Source: Lentisphaerota bacterium
GTDB lineage: Bacteria; Verrucomicrobiota; Kiritimatiellia; UBA8416; VGWJ01
Assembly: GCA_016873635.1 (NCBI GenBank)
Contig: VGWJ01000006.1
Location: 3,102 to 67,101, forward strand
Direction of reading: 5' to 3'
DNA length: 64,000 bases
Both the position numbers and the translations under genes were made by a program. The stretch's first letter is position 1. Every line of letters begins with the position of its first letter. Under the pieces are notes generated by a model that had not been told where the DNA came from, did not search any database, and saw only the letters and a list, made by a program, of their open reading frames with translations. Positions 48,395-58,025 of the stretch are shown in pieces.

Positions 48395-48880
48395 TCACGC
48401 GACCTTTCGCACCACGACGCGGTTGCTTTCCACGCGCACGACGCGCACGCGCGCGCCGCGGGCGAGCATCGCTCCTTCCGTTATCACGTCCACCCGCTTG
48501 CCGTCAATACGGGCGTAGCCGCCGGGGCGCAGATCGGAAAGCGCCTCGCCCTCCCGGCCCAGCAGCGCGGCCATGTCGGGATTGACGGCCTTGGCGTCGC
48601 CCAGGTCGCGGGAAGCGGCCATCTTGCGTCCGATGCCGGTGCGCGGAAAGAAGCGTATCCAGAGCACGATCGAAACGCCCGCGAGCATGACGATGGCCAG
48701 CGCGATGTACATGCCGGCCGCGGATCCGAAGGCGGCAAAGGCGACGCCCGCGGCGGCGACGAGCGCCAGGGCGCCCACGGTGCCCAGGATGCCTCCCGGA
48801 ACGAAGACCTCCGCGCCGACCAGCAGCAGCCCCGCGATCAGGGCCACGGCGAAAAGCTGAACGAGCGTTGCCTGGCTCAT
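48395..48880 (-). CDS. NfeD-family membrane protein, short form (TM bundle plus C-terminal OB fold).
   Basis: Start overlaps the upstream stop. C-terminal beta-rich ...RVRVVRVESNRVVV. Confidence 0.75.
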   Translation of the reverse strand: MSQATLVQLFAVALIAGLLLVGAEVFVPGGILGTVGALALVAAAGVAFAAFGSAAGMYIALAIVMLAGVSIVLWIRFFPRTGIGRKMAASRDLGDAKAVNPDMAALLGREGEALSDLRPGGYARIDGKRVDVITEGAMLARGARVRVVRVESNRVVVRKVA

Positions 48881-50325
48881 GACAAAGCCCGCGGCTCCTC
48901 CTTCTCCACGACCACGCGGTTGCCGCGCGTCTCGACGACCACCACGGGGGCGCCGGCGTCAATGAAGTCGCCGCGGGACACGACGTTCAGACGGCGCTCG
49001 CCGAAAACGGCGATGCCGGCGGGGCGCAGGGGGGTGTCGGCCCTGCCGCGCGCTCCGAGCAGGTCGGCCGGCGCGGCGGACGCGCTGAAGCCGGCCGCGG
49101 CGGTCTCGCTCGTCTCCAGGACCAGTCGCCGGAACAGCGTGGTCCGCGGAAGGAAACGCGACAGGACCAGCGCCGCGGCGATCAGGCCCGCCAGCGACCA
49201 GCCGACCGTCCGCATGGCGCGGTCGATCTGGATGTCCGGAAGGCGATAGACGGGCAGCCCGGGCGAGTGCTGCACCATCGCCATCAGCACCGCCAAGGCC
49301 ATCATCGCGATGCCCGCGCTGCCCACGAGACCGAAACCCGGTATGAAGAAGACCTCGACCAGCAGCAGGATCAGCCCCAGCGCGAAAAGAACCAGCTCGC
49401 CCATGCCGGCCAGGCCGGCCACGTGGTGGCCCCAGAACCAGATCGCAAGCAGGAGAATCCCCGCGATGCCCGGCAGCCCGAAGCCGGGCGTCTTGAACTC
49501 GACGTACAGGCCCAGCAGGCCGCCGATCAGCAGAAGGGCCGACAGCATCTCGATATAGCGGGCGATCTTCTCCGCGGGCGTGATGGTGATCGCGCGCAGT
49601 TCCGCTTCGCCGTGCCCGATGGCCTTCAGCAGGGCCGGCAGATCCTCCGCCGTTCCCTTCGAAAGCAGGGGCTCATCCCGGCCGTCGCGCGACACGACGC
49701 GCTCCGCCTCGACATTGGTCAGCGTGAGGAGCTGGCCGGCGGGGCTGATCACCTCGTCGCCGATCTTGTACTCCATCTCGCGCCGCACCATGGCTTCGGC
49801 GAGCAAGGGGTCGTGATGCTTGCGCTGCGCCGTGGAGCGGATCAGGCCCGCGACGTAGGAAACGGCCTTCTCCTGCATGGCCTCCGGCATCTCCTGGGCG
49901 CCGCCGAAAGGCGACACCATGATGGGCATGGCGTCGCCGATGCGGCTGCCCGGCGCCATGTAGATGCTGTCGGTGCCCATGGCGATGATCGCGCCGGCGG
50001 AGATGGCGTTGCGGTTGACGAAGGTGAAGGTGGGCACGCTTATGTTGGCGATGATGTCGATGATCTCTTCGGCGGCGTCCAGCCTTCCGCCGGGCGTATG
50101 CATGTCGAAGACGATGGCGCCGGCGCCTTGCGCCACCGCCTCGTTGACGCCGCGACGGATGACGTAGGTCAGCCCGCGCTCGATCATGTCGTGGACGGGC
50201 ACCACGTAGACCAGCCCGCGCGCGGACGCGGGCTCCGCCGCCGTCTCCTGCGCGGCGCCGTGCCGCGCGCAGAAAAGGAGGCCGAGCACGGCGCCGGCGA
50301 CGGAAATGACCAATCCCCTTTTCAT
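48877..50325 (-). CDS. NfeD-family membrane-bound ClpP-class serine protease, long form.
   Basis: ATG at 50325 (MKRGLVISVAGAVLGLL). ClpP-like N-domain, TM region, C-terminal OB fold. Confidence 0.8.
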   Translation of the reverse strand: MKRGLVISVAGAVLGLLFCARHGAAQETAAEPASARGLVYVVPVHDMIERGLTYVIRRGVNEAVAQGAGAIVFDMHTPGGRLDAAEEIIDIIANISVPTFTFVNRNAISAGAIIAMGTDSIYMAPGSRIGDAMPIMVSPFGGAQEMPEAMQEKAVSYVAGLIRSTAQRKHHDPLLAEAMVRREMEYKIGDEVISPAGQLLTLTNVEAERVVSRDGRDEPLLSKGTAEDLPALLKAIGHGEAELRAITITPAEKIARYIEMLSALLLIGGLLGLYVEFKTPGFGLPGIAGILLLAIWFWGHHVAGLAGMGELVLFALGLILLLVEVFFIPGFGLVGSAGIAMMALAVLMAMVQHSPGLPVYRLPDIQIDRAMRTVGWSLAGLIAAALVLSRFLPRTTLFRRLVLETSETAAAGFSASAAPADLLGARGRADTPLRPAGIAVFGERRLNVVSRGDFIDAGAPVVVVETRGNRVVVEKEEPRALS

Positions 50326-50346
50326 GACGGGGTCATTTAACCACCA

Positions 50347-50362
50347 GTGCCGCCGGCGGCAC
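50347..50362. promoter_or_regulatory. Perfect 16-bp palindrome GTGCCGCCGGCGGCAC, 22 bp upstream of the nfeD start codon.
   Basis: Read directly. Flanked by an A7 run on the + strand. Confidence 0.35.
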
Positions 50363-50392
50363 AGCAAAAAAAGGAGCTGCGGCGCCTGACGG

Positions 50393-50965
50393 TCACCAGT
50401 TTTCGGCCAGAATCTCGAAATGGGCGCGCGGATGCGCGCACGCCAGACACATTTCCGGAGCCTCGACGCCTTCGTGCAGGTAGCCGCAGTTGATGCAACG
50501 CCAGACCACCGGTTTCGCCTTCTTGAAGACCGTGCCCTGCTCGACGCCGCGGGCAAGGGCCAGAAAGCGTTTCTCGTGCTGCCGCTCCGCGACCGTTATG
50601 GCCTCGAACACGCGGGCCGCGGTCTCGAAGCCCTCTTCGCGGGCCGCGGCGGCGAACGACGGATACATCTCCGTCCACTCGTAGTGCTCGCCCGCGGCGC
50701 CGGCCTTGAGATTGTCGGCGGTGCCGCCGATGACGCCGAAAGGAAAGCTCGCGGCCACGTCAACTTCGCCGCCGTCCATGAGCTTGAAGAGGCGCTTGGC
50801 GTGTTCGCGTTCCTGGTTCGCGGTCTCCTCGAAGATATCGGCGATCTGGCGGTAGCCCTCCTTGCGGGCCTTGCCCGCGAAGAAGCTGTAGCGGTTGCGC
50901 GCCTGCGACTCGCCGGCAAAAGCGGTCATCAGGTTTCGCGCGGTCTTGCTGCCCTTGAGTTGCAT
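50393..50965 (-). CDS. rbr: Rubrerythrin (ferritin-like diiron domain plus C-terminal rubredoxin-like CxxC...CxxC).
   Basis: Motifs E..A..RY, EH.KRF, CINCGY...CLAC. Confidence 0.9.
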   Translation of the reverse strand: MQLKGSKTARNLMTAFAGESQARNRYSFFAGKARKEGYRQIADIFEETANQEREHAKRLFKLMDGGEVDVAASFPFGVIGGTADNLKAGAAGEHYEWTEMYPSFAAAAREEGFETAARVFEAITVAERQHEKRFLALARGVEQGTVFKKAKPVVWRCINCGYLHEGVEAPEMCLACAHPRAHFEILAENW

Positions 50966-51129
50966 GTGCGGCTCTCCTTATCCTTGATTTGTTTCACGGC
51001 GGAAATATGTAATCACGCTAAACCAACCGCCGGACAGGCGTCAAGCGCGCGCTTTCACGGCTTCTGACGGGTTGCCGCCGCGGGGCTGACCGGAAGTGAG
51101 CCAGAAAGAGCAGTTCCGCGGCAGAGGGG

Positions 51130-54100
51130 TCAGACGGCGTCGAAGAGCGAAAGCTGCTCCTGCGGGCGGCGGGCGGCGCGGCGGCGCGTTTGCGAGCGTT
51201 CCAGGAGCTGTTCCTCGATAGCTTCAAGGAAGCGCGACGGATGCATCGACTGCGCCGCGCCGCGCCAGCGCCGGCGCCCGGCGTGGCAGAGATACAGGCG
51301 GTCGCGCGCGCGCGTCATGCCGACAAAGAACAGGCGCCGCTCCTCCTCCGCGGCCGTCGCGTCGTCGCCGTCGCCGGCGTGCTGCAGCGGCAGAACGCCG
51401 TCCTCGCAGCCGACGATGAACACGACCGCGAACTCAAGGCCCTTGGCGGAGTGCAGCGTGAGCAGCGAGACCGCGTCTGCCCGCGGATCCCAGAGGTCGC
51501 CGTCCACGCCGAGCGCCAGCTCGCGCCGGAACTGATCCAGGCTTCCGCAGCGCGCGGCGAGCGGCCGCAGGATTGCGGCCGCCGCGGCCGCCGCGGCGCG
51601 CCGGTCGTCGGGCATCGCCGCGGCGACGGCGTCGAGCCGCGCCGCCACGGAAAGCGGCTCCGGCGGCGCGGGCGCCGCGCTCTCCGCCGCGGCCATGGCC
51701 TCGACGATCGCGCGCACCAGCGGCGTCTCCAGCAGGGGCGCGTGGGTGCGGTGCTGGAACGGCATGCCGGAGCGCGCGAAAGCCTTCTGCAGCAGGGGCG
51801 CCTGCGCCTCGGTGCGGTAGAACACGGCAAAGTCGGCGAAGGAGAAGGCCGTCCGGCCGTCCGCGGCATCGGCGCGGCCGCTGTCCAGGGAAAAGAACGT
51901 CGCGCCGCCGATGAGGCGTTCCACGGTGTGAACCACGAACTCGGCCTCGGCTTCGTCCGTGGCGGCGCGGTGAAGGACGATTTTCGGCGGTCCCTCGAGC
52001 ACGGCGCGCAAGTCGCGGTTGCTGACGAGCGTGGCCGGGGCGATCGCCTGCAGGGCGGCGGCGACGATGGCGCGGCTGGAGCGGTAGTTGCGGGCCAGCG
52101 TCACGACGCGCGCCGCCGGGAAATCCCGCGTGAACCGCTGGAAGAAGCGCACGTCGCCGCCGCGGAAGCCGTAGATCGCCTGGTCGGGGTCGCCGATGGC
52201 GCACAGGTTGCCGTGCGGCGGCACGAGGCGCTTGATCAGGCGGTACTGGAGCGCGTCGATGTCCTGGTATTCGTCCACGCAGACCCACCGGTAGCGATCC
52301 CGGTAGGTGTCGGTCAGCGCGCGGCTCGCTTCGAGCAGGCGCAAGGGCATGAGGATCAGGTCGTCGAAGTCGACGCTGCCGGATTCGCGCAGGGCCCGCT
52401 CGTAGGCTTCGCGCGCCGCGGCGATCTCGGGGTCGGGAGGGGGGCGCGCCGCTTCGGGCGCATTGCCCGGGACCGCGCGGCGGGAGGCCGCGATCGCCCG
52501 CAGGAGGCGCGCGGCCTTGCGGCCGGAGGCGCCGGTGGCGGCCGCGACGAGCGCCAGTTGCTCGTGCGGCGCCAGGACGCGGGGCGGACGGGGCCAGCCC
52601 AGCGCCGCGGCGTTTTCGGCCAGGATGGCGCAGCCGAGCGCGTGGAACGTCATGACGGGCACCCGCGGGGCCTGCTGCGGTATGAGCCGGTCGAGGCGCG
52701 CGCGCATCTCGGCCGCGGCGCGGCGGGTGAACGTGACGGCCAGGCATCGCTCCGGCGGCACGTTCTGGTCCTGCACGAGGTAGGCGATGCGGTGCGTGAG
52801 GGTGCGGGTCTTGCCCGTGCCGGGGCCGGCCACGACCAACAGCGGACCCTTCACGACGCTGGCGGCGAGCCGCTGCTCGGGATCGAGACGGAAGAGGACG
52901 CCGAAAAGCTCGGGCCCGCTGGGCGGGGCAGGGGATTCGCGGACCGCCGCGTGGCGGGGGGGGAAAGCGGCGGGCGGGGGGCGGGAGGCGGCGGGCGGCG
53001 CGGGGCGGGGGGACGGCCTTGACGCCGGGGGCTCCGGGAGGCTGAAGAGCAGGGCGTGCCGCTGTTCGGGCTTGAGTTCGGACGGGTCGAAGACGCGAAT
53101 CGCGCCGTAGGCGCCGTCATACCCGGCGCGCCGGATGACGCGCCCGCTCCGCATGCGCTCGACGGCCTCGGCCAGGAGCGGCGACCCGATGCGGCGCAGG
53201 TCGTCGAGCGGGGCGCGTTCCAGCACGAACAGCTCGGGGCCAACGGCCGCGGCGAGGGCCTCGCGGGCGAGGCGCACCTGCTTCGACGCCGCGCCGACCC
53301 CGAAGATCTCGCCAAGGATTTCGTCCAGCGGTATCAGGCTGCGGAACGGCGCCGCGCCCGGGCGCCGCTCGCCCGCCGGCCGGTCGGCCAGTTCTTCGAC
53401 CCGGTGCATGACGCCGACCGTGACCGGCTTGCCGCACACCGGGCAGAGGCCGTTGCCGGCGCGGGTCTCGGCGGGGGTGAGGCGGACGTCGCACTTGCGG
53501 TGACCGTCGAGGTGGTATTTGCCTTCCTCGGGGAAGAACTCGACGGTGCCGCCGTAGCCTCTGCCCGTGGCGAGGGCGCGGCGCATGGCGTGGTAGTCCA
53601 CGCCGGTCTCGAACACGCAGGCTTCGCGCGCCAGCTTCTCCGGGGAATGCGCGTCGGAGTTCGAGACGAGACGGTAGCGGTCAAGCGCGGACAGGCGCCA
53701 GTTCATGGGCGGGTCGGAGGAGAGCCCGGTTTCCACGGCGAAGACCTGGCCGGCCATGTCCGCGTAGCAGTCGGCGATGCTGTCGAATCCGGACTTGGAT
53801 CCGAGCGCGGAGAACCACGGCGTCCAGACGTGGGCCGGGACCAGGAACGCGCCTTCGCCGGCCTGCAGAACGATTTCCAGGAGGTTGCGCGAATCCAGGC
53901 CGAGGATGGGCCTTCCGTCGGCGGCGATGTTGCCGATCCGCGCCAGCGGCGCGACGATGCGTTCGGCGATCTCCAGCGTGGGGGCGTAGACCAGGTGGTG
54001 GACCTTGCGGGTGCGGTCGTCCCTTTTGTAAATGGTGGAGATCTCCGCCTGGAGCATGAAGCGCACGGCGCGGCGGCAGGTCGGCGGCACCTGTTCCTGG

Positions 54101-54324
54101 ACGCGGCGGTCGAAAAGGTTGTTGAGGCGGAAGAGCCCCGGCTCGGCCGGCACGAGGTCGCGCCGGATTTCGCTCAGCCATCCCGGGTGCGTGAAGTCGC
54201 CGGTGCCCATGACGGCCAGGCCCTTGCGCAGTCCCCAGCGGGCGAGGTTGGGGAGGTCGCAGTCGCGGCTCGTGGCGCGCGAGAACCTGGAATGCACGTG
54301 CAGGTCGGCGTAGAAGGAGCTCAT
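51130..54324 (-). CDS. Fusion of an N-terminal PHP-domain (polymerase/histidinol-phosphatase) nuclease-like module with a zinc-ribbon (CPVCGKP) and a C-terminal UvrD/PcrA-type superfamily-1 helicase.
   Basis: ATG at 54324 (MSSFYADLHVHSRFS..., ...NSDAHSPEKL). Helicase motifs GPGTGKTRTL, VCVDEYQDID, NYRSSRAIV, HSAKGLEFAVVFI, VGMTRARDRLYL. Confidence 0.85.
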   Translation of the reverse strand: MSSFYADLHVHSRFSRATSRDCDLPNLARWGLRKGLAVMGTGDFTHPGWLSEIRRDLVPAEPGLFRLNNLFDRRVQEQVPPTCRRAVRFMLQAEISTIYKRDDRTRKVHHLVYAPTLEIAERIVAPLARIGNIAADGRPILGLDSRNLLEIVLQAGEGAFLVPAHVWTPWFSALGSKSGFDSIADCYADMAGQVFAVETGLSSDPPMNWRLSALDRYRLVSNSDAHSPEKLAREACVFETGVDYHAMRRALATGRGYGGTVEFFPEEGKYHLDGHRKCDVRLTPAETRAGNGLCPVCGKPVTVGVMHRVEELADRPAGERRPGAAPFRSLIPLDEILGEIFGVGAASKQVRLAREALAAAVGPELFVLERAPLDDLRRIGSPLLAEAVERMRSGRVIRRAGYDGAYGAIRVFDPSELKPEQRHALLFSLPEPPASRPSPRPAPPAASRPPPAAFPPRHAAVRESPAPPSGPELFGVLFRLDPEQRLAASVVKGPLLVVAGPGTGKTRTLTHRIAYLVQDQNVPPERCLAVTFTRRAAAEMRARLDRLIPQQAPRVPVMTFHALGCAILAENAAALGWPRPPRVLAPHEQLALVAAATGASGRKAARLLRAIAASRRAVPGNAPEAARPPPDPEIAAAREAYERALRESGSVDFDDLILMPLRLLEASRALTDTYRDRYRWVCVDEYQDIDALQYRLIKRLVPPHGNLCAIGDPDQAIYGFRGGDVRFFQRFTRDFPAARVVTLARNYRSSRAIVAAALQAIAPATLVSNRDLRAVLEGPPKIVLHRAATDEAEAEFVVHTVERLIGGATFFSLDSGRADAADGRTAFSFADFAVFYRTEAQAPLLQKAFARSGMPFQHRTHAPLLETPLVRAIVEAMAAAESAAPAPPEPLSVAARLDAVAAAMPDDRRAAAAAAAAILRPLAARCGSLDQFRRELALGVDGDLWDPRADAVSLLTLHSAKGLEFAVVFIVGCEDGVLPLQHAGDGDDATAAEEERRLFFVGMTRARDRLYLCHAGRRRWRGAAQSMHPSRFLEAIEEQLLERSQTRRRAARRPQEQLSLFDAV

Positions 54325-54669
54325 GGCGCCGGTTTCTCCGCGTCCGGTTCCGCGCCCGCCAGCAGGGCCTTGAGGAAAAAGAAGATCTCGGCGGCGCCCA
54401 GCTCCTTGGCCAGTTTCCCCCTCACGCGGCTCCCTCCCTGACGGCCATGCGCCCGTGCCCGTGCCCATGCCGCCCGTGCGCCGGGCCGGCAGGAGAAGTG
54501 TCCAAGGTTCGACGCGTTTCGTCAAGCGGCGCGACCCGACAACTCCGGGGGGGTGTTCGCGCCGGACCTGAAGCGGACAGACCCCTCCGCTTGCGGGAGG
54601 GGAGGATTCCGCGCAGGGCTTGGCCGCCGCGTGGCGGCTGCAGGCGTGCGCGCGGTCCGGCCGCGGCGC

Positions 54670-54981
54670 CTACCAGCGGCGATCGTTGTCGCCGCCGCCG
54701 CCGCCGCGACGGCCGCCGAAGTCGTTTCCTTCGCGACGCGGCTTCGGCTGGGACTCGTTCACGCGCAGCCGGCGCCCCATGAAATCGGCGCCGTTGGTCT
54801 TTTCGATCGCGCTGAGGGCCTCGTTGCGCTCGGGCATTTCAACGAACCCGAATCCCCTCGACTGACCGGAGAAGCGGTCCATGACTACGCGGGCCGAGGC
54901 GACTTGGCCGTAGCTCTCAAAGAGCGTCCGCAGGTCCGCGTCGCTCGCGCTGTAGGGGAGGTTGCCAACATAGATGTCCAT
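54670..54981 (-). CDS. RRM-domain glycine-rich RNA-binding protein.
   Basis: RNP2 IYVGNL and RNP1 RGFGFVEM motifs, plus a Gly/Arg-rich tail. Confidence 0.85.
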   Translation of the reverse strand: MDIYVGNLPYSASDADLRTLFESYGQVASARVVMDRFSGQSRGFGFVEMPERNEALSAIEKTNGADFMGRRLRVNESQPKPRREGNDFGGRRGGGGGDNDRRW

Positions 54982-55299
54982 CCGTCTTCCTCTCTCGTGT
55001 CATGCTGCCTTCCGACCGATACCTCAACCATGACACAAGATGAAGCCCGGCCATCACCTGCACGACCGGTCGAGGCGGGCTGCAAGACCGCGCTCCGCCC
55101 GGCGTGCCGGCCCCAGCGCCGCGCTCCAAGCGGAGCGGCGTGCGCATGAAGACCGGCGGAATAATATCTCGACGGCCAAAAGCTGAAAACAGAAAAAGAA
55201 GCTTTTTTGACGGCGGGTATTCGGGTATGGGAGCCGCTGCCGCGGGCGGAAGGACCCGGCGGCGGGCGGAATAGACGGGAGCGAGTTTCGGCCGTGCCA

Positions 55300-56502
55300 A
55301 TGCGTGATCCCAGCGACGGCGTGCCGCGCATCGACCTGATGGGCGCGGGCGGGGACGGTCTTGCGCGCGCGCCGGCCGCGGCCCCGGACGCGCACATGAC
55401 GGCGGAGGCTCTTTTCCGCAACTACACGTCCATCGTGGAGTCGCGCGCCATATACTATCCGCTCGCCTACCGCTTCCTGCGCAGCCTCGGGCGCGGGCGT
55501 CAGGGCGAGGTCTTTCTCGGCCTGCGCCAGGGCGCGCGGGGTTGCGCAACGGAGCACGCGATCAAGGTCTTCGATCCTTCGCTCTACCGCAACCCGGCCG
55601 AGTACTGGACCGATATGGGGCGCATCGCGTCGCAGGTTTCGCGCCTGCAGCGCGTCCAGAGCCCCCACCTCGTGACGGGCAACAGCTACGAGGAGACCTA
55701 CGGCGTCGGCTACGTGGAGATGGAGCCGGTGGACGGCGTGGACCTGCGGTATCTGCTCTCGTCGCGCCACTTCTACTACGCCATGAAGCGCGCCCGGACT
55801 TCGGAATGGAGCCGGCTTTCGGGCGCGCTGTTTCAGGAGGACAAGGGCCGCCTGCGGTTCCAGCCGGGACTGGTGGTGTACATCCTGCACGGAATCCTGC
55901 GCGGGCTGGAGCGGCTGCACGCCATGAGCTTTCTGCATTCGGACGTCAAGCCCGGCAACGTGATGATCGACCGGCTGGGGTTCGTGAAGCTCGTCGATTT
56001 CGGCCGCGCGGTGGCGGTGGGCGAGCGGCTGACGCTGCTGCTGGGATCGCCGCCGTACATGGCGCCCGAGATCCACCGGCGCGAAGCCGGCGCGCCGTCG
56101 TCCGACATCTACAGCGCGGGCATCATGGCGCTCGAAATGCTGCGCGGCGTGCCGGTCGACGCGGGGCCGCAGCCGGACGAAGCCGCGCTTCTGGAAGCGA
56201 AGCTCGGGCTGTCCGGGCGCCTGGCGGGCCTGCTGCCGGCGCGCGTGGCCGAGAACCGCTGGCTGGTGGACATCCTGCGGCGCATGATCGAGCCGGAAGC
56301 GCAACGGCGCTTCCGCAGCGCCAAGGAGGCGGATTCCGCGGACTACGGCCTGCGGATCATCGACAAGCAGCTGGTGCGGGCCGACCTGGACAGCGAGCAC
56401 GCGCGCGACCTGGCGGACTACCTGGCGCTGTTCGTGGACGCGGATACGGACCGCGTGGACATGAAACGCCACCTCGACGGCGACGGCGGGCAGCGGGGCT
56501 GA
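55300..56502 (+). CDS. Eukaryotic-like Ser/Thr protein kinase.
   Basis: Motifs HSDVKPGNVMI, DFG, and APE-like PYMAPE. Start is the ATG at 55300, or possibly 55207. Confidence 0.8.
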   Translation: MRDPSDGVPRIDLMGAGGDGLARAPAAAPDAHMTAEALFRNYTSIVESRAIYYPLAYRFLRSLGRGRQGEVFLGLRQGARGCATEHAIKVFDPSLYRNPAEYWTDMGRIASQVSRLQRVQSPHLVTGNSYEETYGVGYVEMEPVDGVDLRYLLSSRHFYYAMKRARTSEWSRLSGALFQEDKGRLRFQPGLVVYILHGILRGLERLHAMSFLHSDVKPGNVMIDRLGFVKLVDFGRAVAVGERLTLLLGSPPYMAPEIHRREAGAPSSDIYSAGIMALEMLRGVPVDAGPQPDEAALLEAKLGLSGRLAGLLPARVAENRWLVDILRRMIEPEAQRRFRSAKEADSADYGLRIIDKQLVRADLDSEHARDLADYLALFVDADTDRVDMKRHLDGDGGQRG

Positions 56503-56532
56503 CCGCCCGCGGCCGGAAGGCAATCCGGCGGG

Positions 56533-57756
56533 CTATGCCCCCGTCCGGCGGCCGAACAGCAAATTCATCAGGTCGCCGTTGCGCATGGCGCCGAGACTGC
56601 CTTGCCGGCAGGCGACCTCGTCGAAGGTCCGGACCCCGTCCGGCGCGCGGCCGGACAGGCGCACGGCCACCGGCACGGGGGTGCGCGTGTGTTTGCCGAG
56701 CGCCACGGGCACGGGATGGTCCGGCAGCACGCACGCGTTCAGGTCCGCGCCGAACGCGTTCAGAACGGGGGCGACCACGCGGGAATCGAAGTCCTCGATG
56801 GCGGCGAGTTTCCTGCCCAGGTTGCGCTCGTGCGAGACTTCGTCGATCGCTTCCACGTGGAGGTAGACCAGGTCGTGCGCGCGCAGGGCCTCGATCGCGG
56901 CGCGCGCCTTGCCTTCGTAGTTGGTGTCGATGTAGCCGGTCGCCCCGGGCACGCGGATCACGTCCATGCCGAGGCAGCGGCCCAGGCCCATGATCACGTC
57001 GACCGCCGAGATGACCGCGCCGGTGATGCCGTACTTTTCCGCCAGGGTGCGCAGCGCCCCGGCGCGTCCGCCGCTCCAGGGCCAGACGCCGTTGGCCGGG
57101 CTCTTTCCGCTCGCGGCCAGCCGGCGGTTCGCGGGCGCCGCCTCCAGCACGGCGGGCGCCTCGGCGATCAGGCGGCGCAGGAACGCGGCGGTTCCGGCGG
57201 CCTCGTCCGCGACGGCCGCGGGCAGGTGCTCCGCGACGCGCTCGCCGTGGTTGTCGTCGGGTTTGTCGGTGCGCACGCGCTCCGAGAAGCGCGGCCCGGA
57301 GAGCACCAGTATGTTGCGGTAGCCGACGCCGGCGTGGAAGCGGACGTCGGGCGCGCCGAAGGCGGCGTTGAGCGCCGCGACGAGCTCCTCCGCCGCGGCC
57401 TGCGGCAGGTGCCCGGCGGAATAGTCTTTGAGGATTCCGTCTTCCACGCTCACCAGGTTGAGCCGGAAGGCCACGTCCCCCGGCCCGAGCGCCACGCCGC
57501 GTCCCGCCGCTTCGAGGGGGCCGCGGCCGCAGAACTCCGTGGGCAGGTCGCAGCCCAGCACCGACATGTTGGCGACCTCGCTGCTGGTGGGAAAGCCCTC
57601 GGGCAAAGTCAAAAGGGTGCCGCTGCAGCCTTCGCGCGCGATGCTGTCCATGGCCGGCGTGCGCGCGGCCTGGAGGGGGGTGCGGCCGCCAAGCGCGGCG
57701 ACCGGCTCGTCGGCCATGCCGTCGGGCAGAAAGATGACGGTGTGCGGTCGGGACAT
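56533..57756 (-). CDS. apgM: 2,3-bisphosphoglycerate-independent phosphoglycerate mutase, archaeal-type ApgM.
   Basis: MSRPHTVIFLPDGMADEP... with family motifs throughout. Confidence 0.85.
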   Translation of the reverse strand: MSRPHTVIFLPDGMADEPVAALGGRTPLQAARTPAMDSIAREGCSGTLLTLPEGFPTSSEVANMSVLGCDLPTEFCGRGPLEAAGRGVALGPGDVAFRLNLVSVEDGILKDYSAGHLPQAAAEELVAALNAAFGAPDVRFHAGVGYRNILVLSGPRFSERVRTDKPDDNHGERVAEHLPAAVADEAAGTAAFLRRLIAEAPAVLEAAPANRRLAASGKSPANGVWPWSGGRAGALRTLAEKYGITGAVISAVDVIMGLGRCLGMDVIRVPGATGYIDTNYEGKARAAIEALRAHDLVYLHVEAIDEVSHERNLGRKLAAIEDFDSRVVAPVLNAFGADLNACVLPDHPVPVALGKHTRTPVPVAVRLSGRAPDGVRTFDEVACRQGSLGAMRNGDLMNLLFGRRTGA

Positions 57757-58025
57757 AGCGCGGGAAGTGTGTCACACGACGCGGAGGCTGTCGAGGATTT
57801 CGGCTATTCCCGCGCGAGGCCGAGGGCGATGATGGCGTCGAGCAGGCGGTCGTAGGACATGCCGTCCCTGGCCGCCGAATCCCAGTGCTTTTCGCCGGCG
57901 GGTTTGCGCGGCGGAAGGGGCCCGATCTCGCGCATGAGCAGGTCCACGTATTCGAGCTTCTTCAGCGCGCCCCATCCGCAAGCCTATACTGGGGCCGGGG
58001 GCCGGCGCTTCACGAACGGGCCGGG

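Noticed and set aside
54581-54606. GC-rich hairpin CCCCTCCGCTTGCGGGAGGGG downstream of the RRM gene
   Set aside because: No U-tract follows it on either strand, so it is not a convincing intrinsic terminator.
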